Part shown: piece by piece, positions 42,316 through 52,014 of the stretch
Position numbering within the stretch: the stretch's first letter is position 1
How the letters are laid out: every line of letters starts with the position of its first letter
NCBI GenBank assembly: GCA_963702005.1
Contig: OY969696.1
Coordinates: 3,328,001 to 3,392,000, forward strand
Direction: 5' to 3'
Length of the DNA stretch: 64,000 bases
Origin: Candidatus Aminicenantes bacterium
Lineage (GTDB): Bacteria > Acidobacteriota > Aminicenantia > Aminicenantales > JAFGBC01
Position numbers and translations under genes: made by a program
The notes under the pieces: generated by a model
What the model saw: the letters and a program-made list of their open reading frames with translations, nothing else
Told to the model about the DNA's origin: nothing
Databases searched by the model: none

Positions 42316-42844
42316 TCATCCGGCGAGCTCGCGGATCCGGTCGAGGTCCAGCTCGCCCTTGGCCCCCCAGCCGCGCACGCCTTCGGGAATTTGGGGACGG
42401 AACCGCTCATACAACGAAAAAGCGCGGACGGCTAATTCTTGAGGCTCCCAAGCGCGCGAAAGCTCTTCCATGGCCCGCCGAACGGATGGAAGCGCCTCTC
42501 CGAATTTGCCCTCGAGATACCTCTCGACTCCGTCGGGTTCGACCGGCCGGCTTCCCTCCACGGCACGGATGCCGTGGTCGGTCTTTAGGGCGGGAAGAGG
42601 GCGGCCGAGAAGCTCGAACCCAGAACATCTCTCCCGGCCGGGCTCTCTTCGGAGGAGCGGTCTCGGGCCGCTCGGGCGGCTTGTAGATGCCGAGGCGGCG
42701 CCCCTTGGACTGGGCGTTGAGCCCGGCCAGGACCTTGCCCAAAGAAAGCGACGCCTCACGGTTAAAGCCCAGCCGCTCGGCCACCACGCTGGCCCACAGA
42801 GTCAGCACCGGCGCTCGATTGACTTGGACGACAACGCGTGCCAT
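42316..42844 (-). pseudogene. Conserved hypothetical protein split by a +1 frameshift near 42617
   Basis: The N-part VNRAPVLTLWASVVAERLGF...SKGRRLGIY continues in another frame as ELLGRPLP...YLEGKFG...LYERFRPQIPEGVRGWGAKGELDL. Deleting one T in TGG GTT CGA restores W-V-E-L-L-G. Confidence 0.7.
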
Positions 42845-42989
42845 CCGAATCCGTTTACTCGATGCCTAATTCTTCCAGGAACTGGTTCGAGAATAACAAT
42901 AAGAGGAGCAAACGTCAATTGACACCTCCTCTCATCATGATTTATTATCCCAGCCGGCGGAACGTAGGTCCCTTCCAGGAGAAACAAAA

Positions 42990-45104
42990 ATGAAAAAAAG
43001 CGCGACTTCTAAACAACCGCTTGGACTCATCGGAATCATCGTCTTAGCGGCCGTTATCTGCGGTCCGGCCCGGGCCGCGGACAACGCCCGCCGCGTCCCC
43101 ACCGTTGACGATCTCCAGGCGCTGCAATCGCCCGGACGGGCCGAGATTTCTCCCGATGGCGCTTTAATCGCCTACACGTTGACCGAGACGGATCTTACCA
43201 AAGATTCCTACCTCACTCACATCTGGTTGGCCGAAACGGCCACCGGCAAGCGCTTCCAGCTTACCCGCGGCGACAAATCCTGCAGCAGCCCCGGCTGGTC
43301 GCCCGACGGACATTGGCTGGCCTTCACAAGCGACCGCGCCGGCGATAAGAGCCAGGTCTTCATCATCAGCCCGACGGGGGGAGAAGCCATCCAACTCACT
43401 AAAGCCGAGAACGGCGTTGGGGACTTCGGATGGTCTCCGGACGGCCGGATGCTGGCTTTTTTAGCCGCCGAGCCGGAATCGAAAACCCTCAAGAATCGCA
43501 AAGACTATCTGGGCGATTTTGACGTCGTGCATAAGGACTATAGCTACGTCCAGCTATGGACGGTCGATGTCGCCGAGGCCCTGAAGAGCCCGCAGCCCGG
43601 ACGGCAGCGGACAAAAGGGACCGGCTTCAGCCTGAGCTCTTTCAGCTGGTCCCCCGACGGCGGCAGGATCGCCTTCAGCGCGACACTCAACCCCGACCTT
43701 ATTCAAGGGGGCACGGAGGATGTCTATGTCCTGAACCTGGCCGATGATTCGGTCAAGAAGATCGTCGTTCAGCCCGGCCCGGATTCCTCGCCCCACTGGT
43801 CTCCCGACGGTGGGAAGATCCTTTTCTCGACCTATCTGGGCCAGACCCGTTTTTATCCCCTCGTTTCCAGGCTGGCCGTCGTTTCCCCGGACGGCGGCCC
43901 TGTCCGGTCGCTGACCGACGGCTTCGATGAGGACCCCGGGTTCGTGGCCTGGACCGCCCAGGGAATCTATTTCTCGGCTCTGCAAAAAACCGCCTCCCAC
44001 CTATTCCGGCTCGACCCGGCGACATCGCAAATCGAGCGGATCAGCGCGCCCGACGATTTTCTCGGGGATTCGTTCTCTCTCAGCCGCGATGGAAAACAGC
44101 TGGGCTTCATCGCCGCCTCGGCCGTTTCGCTTTCCGAAGTCTATGTCTCGGGCCTGCCCTTCAAGCCGCGGCGCCTGACCGATCTGAACGAGCAGACCAA
44201 GTCTCTTATTCTGGGAACTCGCGAAGTCATAACCTGGAAAAGCAAAGACGGCGTCGACATCGAAGGCGTTTTGATCAAGCCCGCGGACTTCAGCCCCGCT
44301 AAAAAATACCCCTTGTTGTGCGTCATCCACGGCGGTCCCACCGGCATCGACCTTCCCGACCTCCTCGAGTCCGACAGGTACGTTTATCCGTCCGATATCT
44401 GGGCCGCCCGCGGCGCCTTGATCCTCAAGGTCAACTACCGCGGCAGCGCGGGCTACGGACAGAAATTTCGAGAGCTGAACTATCGCAATCTGGGCGTCGG
44501 CGACGCTTGGGACGTCCTCTCCGGCGTCGACTATCTTATTCAAAAGGGGTGGGTGGATCCTGGGCGCATGGGCTGCATGGGCTGGAGCCAGGGCGGATAC
44601 ATCTCGGCCTTCTTGACGACGTCGTGCGACCGGTTCAAGGCCGTCTCCGTCGGCGCCGGCATTTCGGACTGGGCGACCTATTACTACAACACCGATATCA
44701 CTCCCTTCACCGTCAATTACCTGGGCGCCAATCCGGTGGACGACCCGCGCATCTACCTGAAGACCTCGCCCATGTCCTATATCAAAAAGGCCCGGACGCC
44801 GACCCTCATCCAGCATGGGGAGCTGGACCGGAGGGTCCCTATTCCCAACGCCTATGAGCTGAGACAGGGCCTCGAGGACCGGGGCGTGCCCGTGGAGATG
44901 ATCGTTTATAAGGGCTTCGGCCATGGGATCCGAAAGCCCAAGTCGAGGCGGGCCGCCATGGACCACAACCTGGCTTGGTTCAACCATTATATTTTCGGCG
45001 ATCCGAAGCCTGATTTTGCGAATCCGTCGGTTCCCGAAAAGACGGATCAACCGACCGGCGCTTCGACGGCGCCCGAAGCCAAGAAGGGATTGCTTTTATA
45101 TTGA
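42990..45104 (+). CDS. Secreted S9 family (acylaminoacyl/dipeptidyl) peptidase
   Basis: WSPDG propeller repeats, IHGGP, NYRGSAGYG, and the GWSQGG / HGELDRRV / GFGHG catalytic triad. Confidence 0.93.
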   Translation: MKKSATSKQPLGLIGIIVLAAVICGPARAADNARRVPTVDDLQALQSPGRAEISPDGALIAYTLTETDLTKDSYLTHIWLAETATGKRFQLTRGDKSCSSPGWSPDGHWLAFTSDRAGDKSQVFIISPTGGEAIQLTKAENGVGDFGWSPDGRMLAFLAAEPESKTLKNRKDYLGDFDVVHKDYSYVQLWTVDVAEALKSPQPGRQRTKGTGFSLSSFSWSPDGGRIAFSATLNPDLIQGGTEDVYVLNLADDSVKKIVVQPGPDSSPHWSPDGGKILFSTYLGQTRFYPLVSRLAVVSPDGGPVRSLTDGFDEDPGFVAWTAQGIYFSALQKTASHLFRLDPATSQIERISAPDDFLGDSFSLSRDGKQLGFIAASAVSLSEVYVSGLPFKPRRLTDLNEQTKSLILGTREVITWKSKDGVDIEGVLIKPADFSPAKKYPLLCVIHGGPTGIDLPDLLESDRYVYPSDIWAARGALILKVNYRGSAGYGQKFRELNYRNLGVGDAWDVLSGVDYLIQKGWVDPGRMGCMGWSQGGYISAFLTTSCDRFKAVSVGAGISDWATYYYNTDITPFTVNYLGANPVDDPRIYLKTSPMSYIKKARTPTLIQHGELDRRVPIPNAYELRQGLEDRGVPVEMIVYKGFGHGIRKPKSRRAAMDHNLAWFNHYIFGDPKPDFANPSVPEKTDQPTGASTAPEAKKGLLLY

Positions 45105-46207
45105 TCCGCAAGGACGGAATCGGCGCGGCGCTTTCGGCAGCGATCATGGCCGCGGCCTTCTCGGTGGGCGGGTGTTCCCAAAAAATAGCGGATCGAAACG
45201 CGGGAAGACCCGGGTCCGCTCAAGTCCGGACTCCGGCGATCGTCCTCCGTGAGGATATTTTCGTCACGGCCCCCTTCGCCCAATGCCATGCGTCGACGAT
45301 CGTCGAAACCGGATCGGGCCTGGTCGCCGCCTGGTTCGGGGGCACGGCGGAGGGCCATTCGGACGTCGGGATCTGGCTGTCCCGCCGGGAAGGCCGCGGT
45401 CCTGGCCGCAGCCTTCCCGGCAGGGCGGCCTGGTCGCCCCCCGTCGAGGTTGCCTCGGGCGGCCGGACCGGGGAAGATAGCCAGCCTTGCTGGAATCCCG
45501 TCCTCGTCAATCCTGAGGGCGGGCCGCTGCTCCTTTTCTATAAGGTGGGACCTTCCCCGTCCCGCTGGAGGGGAATGACGACCTATTCGACGGATGACGG
45601 CCGGACCTGGGCCGAGCCGCGAAGTCTGCCCGATGGGATCGTCGGCCCGGTCAAGAACCATCCCCTCGAGTTCCCGGACGGGATGATCCTCTGCGGGAGC
45701 TCCACCGAGCAGGACGGATGGCGCGTTCATTTCGAACAGACCGGCGACAAGGGACGGAGCTGGCGGCGGACTCCTCCCATCAACGACGGCCGGCTATTCG
45801 GGCTGATCCAGCCGGCCCTTCTGCGGACCGGCGGCGACGGGGTTACGGCCCTGATGAGGAGCACGGCGGGCCGCATCTATTACGCCCGGAGCGCGGACCG
45901 GGGAGCGACTTGGTCAAAGCCGGAAGCGCTGGATTTGCCGAACCCGAACTCGGGCATCGATGCGGTGACTCTCCGGGACGGACGGCAGCTGCTGGTTTTT
46001 AATCCGGTCAGCCGGGGCCGAAGCCCGCTGTCCGTCGCTCTCTCCGAAGACGGCCGAAACTGGACCCAGGTTCTGATCCTCGAGGACGAGGAAGGGGCCG
46101 AGTTTTCCTACCCGGCGATCATCCAGTCCAAAGACGGACTCGTCCACGTCACCTACACCTGGAAGCGCCTGAGGATCAGGCACGCGGTCCTCGATCCCGG
46201 CCGCTAA
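45101..46207 (+). CDS. BNR/Asp-box sialidase-like lipoprotein
   Basis: CHASTI, AAWFGGTAEG, STDDGRTW, SADRGATW, PNPNSG and FSYPAI motifs; VGGC lipobox. Confidence 0.87.
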   Translation: MIRKDGIGAALSAAIMAAAFSVGGCSQKIADRNAGRPGSAQVRTPAIVLREDIFVTAPFAQCHASTIVETGSGLVAAWFGGTAEGHSDVGIWLSRREGRGPGRSLPGRAAWSPPVEVASGGRTGEDSQPCWNPVLVNPEGGPLLLFYKVGPSPSRWRGMTTYSTDDGRTWAEPRSLPDGIVGPVKNHPLEFPDGMILCGSSTEQDGWRVHFEQTGDKGRSWRRTPPINDGRLFGLIQPALLRTGGDGVTALMRSTAGRIYYARSADRGATWSKPEALDLPNPNSGIDAVTLRDGRQLLVFNPVSRGRSPLSVALSEDGRNWTQVLILEDEEGAEFSYPAIIQSKDGLVHVTYTWKRLRIRHAVLDPGR

Positions 46208-46281
46208 CAAAAGAGCGGAACGGGATAATTCGAAGATTGACAAAACCGGGCGCGCCGGGAACAATGGGAGAGAGGCGGCCC

Positions 46282-47778
46282 ATGAAAACAGCGTCTATCG
46301 TGTTCATTTCAATCGCTCTTCTGGTCGCGGGGACGAGCGGCGCCCAGACCTCCCCCCGGCCGAAAATGTTCCTAGTGGTCACCTTCGACGTCGAAGACTA
46401 CATCTCGCCCGCGTCCGAGCATATCGACGATATCCCCAAGTGGCTGGCCGAGATCATGTCGGAGGAAGGCGTCACCGGGACGTTCTTCGTCATCGGCGAA
46501 AAGGCTCGCTCGTTGGAGAAGCGCGGACGAAGCGACGTCATCGAGGCCATGGCCCGGCACGATATCGGCAGCCACACGAATCTCGGGTCCATCCATCCCA
46601 CGGTCACGGAAGACCTGGAAAAAGCCGATTGGCCCGGCGGCCTGCGCCGGATGCTCGACCGGGAATCGGCCGGCTTCAAGGACCTGGAACGCATTTTCGG
46701 CAAGCCCGTGACGACCCTGGCCCGCCACGGCGGGTCCTACGGACCGCAGCTCGTCTGCGCCCTGGGCCAACTCAAGGCGGGCTATGTGGGATCGCCAGTC
46801 TCGCTTCCCGGCACGAACGTCGTCTGGTATGCGAACGCCTTGAATTTCTCGGGCCAATACGACGGGTTCGACGAACTCTACTACCGCGACGACCTGTTCG
46901 AGCCCGTCTTCGACAAGCTGAGGGCCGAGCTGCCCGAAATCGCCCGAACCGTCGATGCGATCGCCCTGTTCGGCGGCCATCCGACCAAGATCCGCGCCGA
47001 AGAATTCTGGGATCTCAATTTTTATGACGGTAAGAATCCGGCGCCGGGCGATTGGAAAGCGCCCCGCCTGCGCCCCCTGGAAACCATGAGAACGGCCCTG
47101 AAGAATTTCCGCCGCATGATGAAATACCTTAAAAGCAGGGACGACATCGAGATCACAACCTACGGGTCCTTGATGAAGCTCTACGGGCGGCAAAAGGAGT
47201 CGATGACCGGGAGCGAGCTCCGCGAAATCGCCGAGAGCACCCTGGGGGCCGAGTCGATTCATCCGACTCAAGATTTCTCTCCCGCCGAGGCCTTCGCCGG
47301 CCTCGCGAGATCGATCGCCGCCCGCCAAGAGACCGGCACCCTTCCGCGGGACCTCCCCGCGGTCCGGCCGCTCGGACCCATGGACATGCCGCCGGCTCAG
47401 CCCGAAATCGCCCGTCTGACCCTGGACGACGTCTATCGGCTGGCGCGGGAGGCGGATGAGCAGATCGACGGGACCGGCGCCCTGCCTTCTTCCCTGAGGA
47501 TCGGAAACGCGCGCATCGGGACGGGCTCCTTATTCGCCCTTTTCTGCGCCGCCTATCTGGACCTGAGCTCGAACAAGCCGAGGGCGGAATATGACGTCCC
47601 CGCCTTCGATCCTTATCCCAAAAAGAACGAGACGGATATCATCAAGCAGGTCGAGGGCTATAAGTCCTGGCCCGTCCATCGCCGGGACCTCGACATGGCG
47701 AAGGTCGTCGAGTTTACGAAGCTCCAGCTCTGGACGCTGAAACCGGCTAAGATGTCAAATCCGACGATCGATCATTGA
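46282..47778 (+). CDS. Secreted polysaccharide deacetylase-family protein with a C-terminal extension
   Basis: VTFDVEDY, GTFFVIGEKA and HDIGSHT NodB-like motifs; signal peptide. Confidence 0.75.
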   Translation: MKTASIVFISIALLVAGTSGAQTSPRPKMFLVVTFDVEDYISPASEHIDDIPKWLAEIMSEEGVTGTFFVIGEKARSLEKRGRSDVIEAMARHDIGSHTNLGSIHPTVTEDLEKADWPGGLRRMLDRESAGFKDLERIFGKPVTTLARHGGSYGPQLVCALGQLKAGYVGSPVSLPGTNVVWYANALNFSGQYDGFDELYYRDDLFEPVFDKLRAELPEIARTVDAIALFGGHPTKIRAEEFWDLNFYDGKNPAPGDWKAPRLRPLETMRTALKNFRRMMKYLKSRDDIEITTYGSLMKLYGRQKESMTGSELREIAESTLGAESIHPTQDFSPAEAFAGLARSIAARQETGTLPRDLPAVRPLGPMDMPPAQPEIARLTLDDVYRLAREADEQIDGTGALPSSLRIGNARIGTGSLFALFCAAYLDLSSNKPRAEYDVPAFDPYPKKNETDIIKQVEGYKSWPVHRRDLDMAKVVEFTKLQLWTLKPAKMSNPTIDH

Positions 47779-47792
47779 CGAGGAGGGATCCG

Positions 47793-50496
47793 ATGAGCCG
47801 GCCGGTCGCATTCATCTCGTTATTTCTCGTTTGGACGGCGGTCCTGTCGCTGGCTCGGCCGGCGCCCGCCGCGGCCGAAAGCCTCGATCGCTTCAAGTAC
47901 GCGGGCTCATTCGATCCCGCCTTCTCCGCGATCGAGACATCCGGCCGGTTCAACGGCTACACGAACTACTGGCACAGCCTTTTCTGGAAATGGTCGCAGT
48001 ACGGCAACCTCTATCTCATCAGCCAGCCCGACATTCCCAAGTCCATCGCCCAGAGCAAGCTGGATATAGCCGAGGAGCTGGGCGTGCCCGGGCTCTTCCT
48101 GGCGGAAGGCTTCCTAAGCGCCTATCTCGAAGGCCCCGTCCGGGAATTCGAGGATCCCGGCCCGGACGCTCTCGAAAGAACCCTGGACCGCAAGGACGCC
48201 CTCGTCTGGGTCAAGCCCGGAACCGCCCTCGGCCAAAAACTCCTGGGCCGGTTTCCCGGCGCGGCCCCATGGAGAGAGGCCCTCGGCAGCCACCAGCTCA
48301 ACGCCCGGGATTTTCACGACGTCCGGGCCTTTCATCTTGTGAGCGGCCCGCGCCGGCTTTTCGTCATCGTGACGGATGGCGACGATTGCCGCCGCCGTTT
48401 CCGGGATTTGCTGGCCAACCTCCGCGGCGTCCTGGACCGCTACGACCTCCACCGCGGCTGGTTCGGCACCGGGACGCTCCTCCACAGCGTCACCTGCTTT
48501 CCCGGTCATCCGCTCGAGGTTATCGCCAAGGGACTCAACCAGGGCAACGACTGGTTCACCTTCAGCGGCTACATGGATTACTTGATGAAGGACCAGCTGG
48601 CGGCCTGGCTGGCCAAGGTGGGCCTCGACGTCGTCAGCGACGTGGGCACCGGCAAGGCCACCCACAGCTTGGGAACGACCGCCTACGGCCTGCGGAGCTG
48701 GGACGGCCTCAAGATCCAGGACATGCCCGGCGAAGAGGAGTGGATCAAGTTCGTCAAGGACCGGCGGGGCTACATATTCCGGCCCGTCTACGCTCCCGAT
48801 TGCGACAAATTTCATTACGACGGCGTTATCGCCGTCGACGGAACCCAGAAACACATCGACGAGGAAAACGTCCCCTTCATCCTCCAGACGGGCATGATCC
48901 GGGAGGAAGCGCCCGCCTGCATGGTCCTCTTCACGAAGAAAGGCGGCGCCCTGACGCGGGACGGCATGTGGGAGGCGATCCTTTCGCGGCGGGCCGTGGG
49001 CGTCCTGCCCCAGGGAAGCATGCTGGGACCCGCAATCCTTGCGGAGCGCGCTCCAGATGCTCCTCCTCGACCGCGTCTTCCTCGAGGACTATTTCAAAGA
49101 CAGGATTCGGCTCGAGGCCGTCATGGAAAACCGCGAGCTCGTCGTCAGGGCGGCCAATCTGGGCGGAGCGTCCGTCGAAGGCCGGTTCGAAGTCCGGCCG
49201 GCGCCTGAGCTCCGGGTCAAGAGTCGGCCGATGGACGCCGTCCTGCCGGCGCGGACGGAGCGGACGTTTCGGTTCGCCGTCGAGCCCACCCCGGCCGCCC
49301 TGGCTCGGGCCAACCCTATCCTGGTCGAACTCGTCTGGAAAACCGGCCGGAAGAGGACTCTGGCCGTCCTCGACCTTCCGCCCGCGATCTCGGTCCATCG
49401 GCTCCTCTACGGCCAGGAGCCCGAGGTCGTTTATCCCGTTTCCATCCATAATTTTACGGGCGGGACGGAATACCCGGTCGCCGTCAGAGTCTATTCCAAA
49501 GACGACCCGAAGACCATCGTCTTCGAGACGAGCCGGACCGGGAGGGCTCGCCCGGGCGAACACGAGACCCTGACGTTCCGGCTGCCGCTCAAGCCGGGCT
49601 CGTACTCGGTCAAGGTCGAGGCTCTGGGCGTCGGCAGCGAGACTCAGCTCGGCGTCGGGCCAGCCTCGGGCAAGGCCTCGGTCACGGAAATCGACCTCGA
49701 CGGCGACGGCATCAACGAATACCGGATGGAGAACGGCCGGGTCCGCGTCAGCCTGCTGCGCACGGGCGCCCGCATCATCGAGGACATCGTCAAGGACAAG
49801 AACGACAACGTCCTCTTCAAGCTCTGGCCCGAGAAGGAGGACACGGACAAGCGGCCTTTCCGCGAGCGCGGCTTCTACCCCTACGGCGGTTTCGAGGACT
49901 TTCTCGGCCAGGCCTCGATCGAGACCCATAAAGTCTACGACGCGGAAGTCGTCCGAAAGGAAGGTCCCTTCGTCCAGGTCAGGATGGAGGCCGATTACTA
50001 CGGCAACCGGCTGGAAAAGATCTTCACGCTCTACGGGGATTCGCCGCTCGTCGAGGTCCGCTTCGCCCTGGAGTTCCGCAACCCCGAGCTCCATATGCTC
50101 GGACCCCAGCCCATCCTCGAGCTGGGAAAGAAGCACTGGACCGAGGACGTTTTCGTCGTTCCTTCGCTCCAGGGAAGACGCGAAGTCCGGATGCGCCCCG
50201 AGGAATACTTCGGCGAAGTCTTCTTCCTCAAGGAAGGCTGGAACGCCGGCCGCGACACGGTCGAGGACGTCTCCTTCGTCGGCGCCTTCCCGGTGAGCGA
50301 GCCCGAGTTCCTCCACATGTGGATGAACCACCCTTCCAACGGCGAGTCCCATCACTACTACGCCGAGTTCCAGCCCTGGGTCCCCATCTATCAGAAGACG
50401 GTCCGCTATTTTTCCTATTACTTGTGGGCGGACGCCGGCCCCTGGGAAAAGGGCCTCGAGGAACTCAGGGCAAGGAATCTGATCACTTCGAAATAG
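47793..50496 (+). pseudogene. Large secreted hypothetical protein (about 900 aa) split by a +1 frameshift near 49034
   Basis: The ORFs ending at 49208 and 50496 overlap. Removing one A from CCC GCA ATC CTT GCG gives P-A-S-L-R-S-A-L-Q-M-L and joins them. Signal peptide MSRPVAFISLFLVW. Confidence 0.7.
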
Positions 50497-50550
50497 CCGC
50501 TTCGTCACCGCTGGCCGGGATCAAGTTCTGAGACGGCCCTCGGCTCGCTA

Positions 50551-51966
50551 TTAGAAGATTTTTCCGGGATTCAGGATGGCGTCGGGATCGAAGACGCGCT
50601 TGATCCCCTTCATGAGCTCGATTAGAACGAGGTCGGTGGATCGCGCCAAGTAATCCTTCTTGACCAGCCCGATCCCGTGCTCGCCCGAGACGACGCCGCC
50701 CCGGCGCCGGCCGTCCTCGTAGATGGCGGCCCGGACTTTCTCGAACTTGGGCCGCCACTCCTCCTCGGGAATTGGGACCATCCGGTTTCCCCCGCAGCGA
50801 ACTTTCATGATGTGGGTATGGACGTTCCCGTCCGCGGCGTGCCCGAAGGTCGGAAGCCAGATATCGTTTTCGAGTCCGATTTCATGGACGCGCTTGACGT
50901 GGCCGGGAATCTCGGCCCGGGGGAGCGAGATGTCGAGGATCTCGACCGTCCCCGACTTGATGGCTTCATAGATTTTACTCCGGATCTGAAGGACCTCGTC
51001 CTGTTTCTTGGCCGTGTCGGCGATGTAGACGTCGATCCCTCCCCTCTCCATACAAACAACGGCGACCTCCTCCGAAAGGCGGTCCATCTCGGCCTCGGTC
51101 GCGGCGTCGAGGATGATGAGGAGGTCGGTCGTGCCCAGGCTCGAGGGCCAGTGCAGGCGGAGATAATCCTCGGTGATCCGGATGACATCCCTGTCCACAA
51201 ACTCGACGGCCAAGGGGGAGATGCTCCGTTGGAGGAGGATGGGAACCGTCTCGATGGCCGAGGCCAGGTCCCGATAGGGAATGATGAGCGAGCGGGTCAG
51301 CTTGAAGGGCGGCAGAATCTGAACGATCGCCCGGGTGATGACGCCCAGCGTCCCCTCCGAACCGATCATCAGGTGGAGGAGGCTGTAGCCGGAGCTCGTC
51401 TTGACGTACTTCCCGCCCAGCCGGACGATCTCGCCCCTGGGCAAGACGACCTCCAAGCCGCGTACGTAATTACGGATGACGCCGTATTTCACGGCACGGC
51501 TGCCGCCCGCGTTCGTGGCGATCAAGCCCCCGATCATGGCGCTCTCGTCGCCCGGGTGGGGCGGGAAGGCGAAGCCCCGCTCCTCGACGGCCTTCACGAA
51601 TTCGCCGAGCGTGACGCCCGCCTCGACCACGGCCACTTGGTTGGCCGCGTCGACCTCGACGACCCGGTTCATCCGCTCGAGCGAGAGGACGATCCCGCCC
51701 TCGACCGGGACGCAGCCTCCGCAGAGGCCGGTCGCGCCGCCCCGCGGCGTCACGGGAAAGCGCTCGCGGTTGGCGAGCCTGAGAACGGCGGCCGCCTCCC
51801 CGGTCGTCCGGGGCTTGACGACGGCTTCGGGGAGACGGGCGATCTCGCGGAGCGAAAACTCGTCGTGCCCGTAATCGACGATCCGTTCCGGGTCGACGAG
51901 GAGGCCGCCCTCTCCGACGATCCCGGTTAACTCTTCGAGGATGACGGCCGTCAGTTTATTGTACAT
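50551..51966 (-). CDS. FAD-linked oxidase (GlcD / D-2-hydroxyacid dehydrogenase family)
   Basis: PRGGATGLCGG, IGGLIATNAGG, GSEGTLGVIT, FGHAADGNVH, SGEHGIG and DPDAILNPGK. Confidence 0.92.
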   Translation of the reverse strand: MYNKLTAVILEELTGIVGEGGLLVDPERIVDYGHDEFSLREIARLPEAVVKPRTTGEAAAVLRLANRERFPVTPRGGATGLCGGCVPVEGGIVLSLERMNRVVEVDAANQVAVVEAGVTLGEFVKAVEERGFAFPPHPGDESAMIGGLIATNAGGSRAVKYGVIRNYVRGLEVVLPRGEIVRLGGKYVKTSSGYSLLHLMIGSEGTLGVITRAIVQILPPFKLTRSLIIPYRDLASAIETVPILLQRSISPLAVEFVDRDVIRITEDYLRLHWPSSLGTTDLLIILDAATEAEMDRLSEEVAVVCMERGGIDVYIADTAKKQDEVLQIRSKIYEAIKSGTVEILDISLPRAEIPGHVKRVHEIGLENDIWLPTFGHAADGNVHTHIMKVRCGGNRMVPIPEEEWRPKFEKVRAAIYEDGRRRGGVVSGEHGIGLVKKDYLARSTDLVLIELMKGIKRVFDPDAILNPGKIF

Positions 51967-52014
51967 CGCACGCTTCTACAGAATAACGGCGCGGGGACGG
52001 CAACGCAAGAGAGC

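Noticed and set aside
49020-49050. Programmed ribosomal frameshift in the large secreted protein
   Set aside because: There is no slippery heptamer or homopolymer run at the junction; a single-base insertion (mutation or read error) is simpler.
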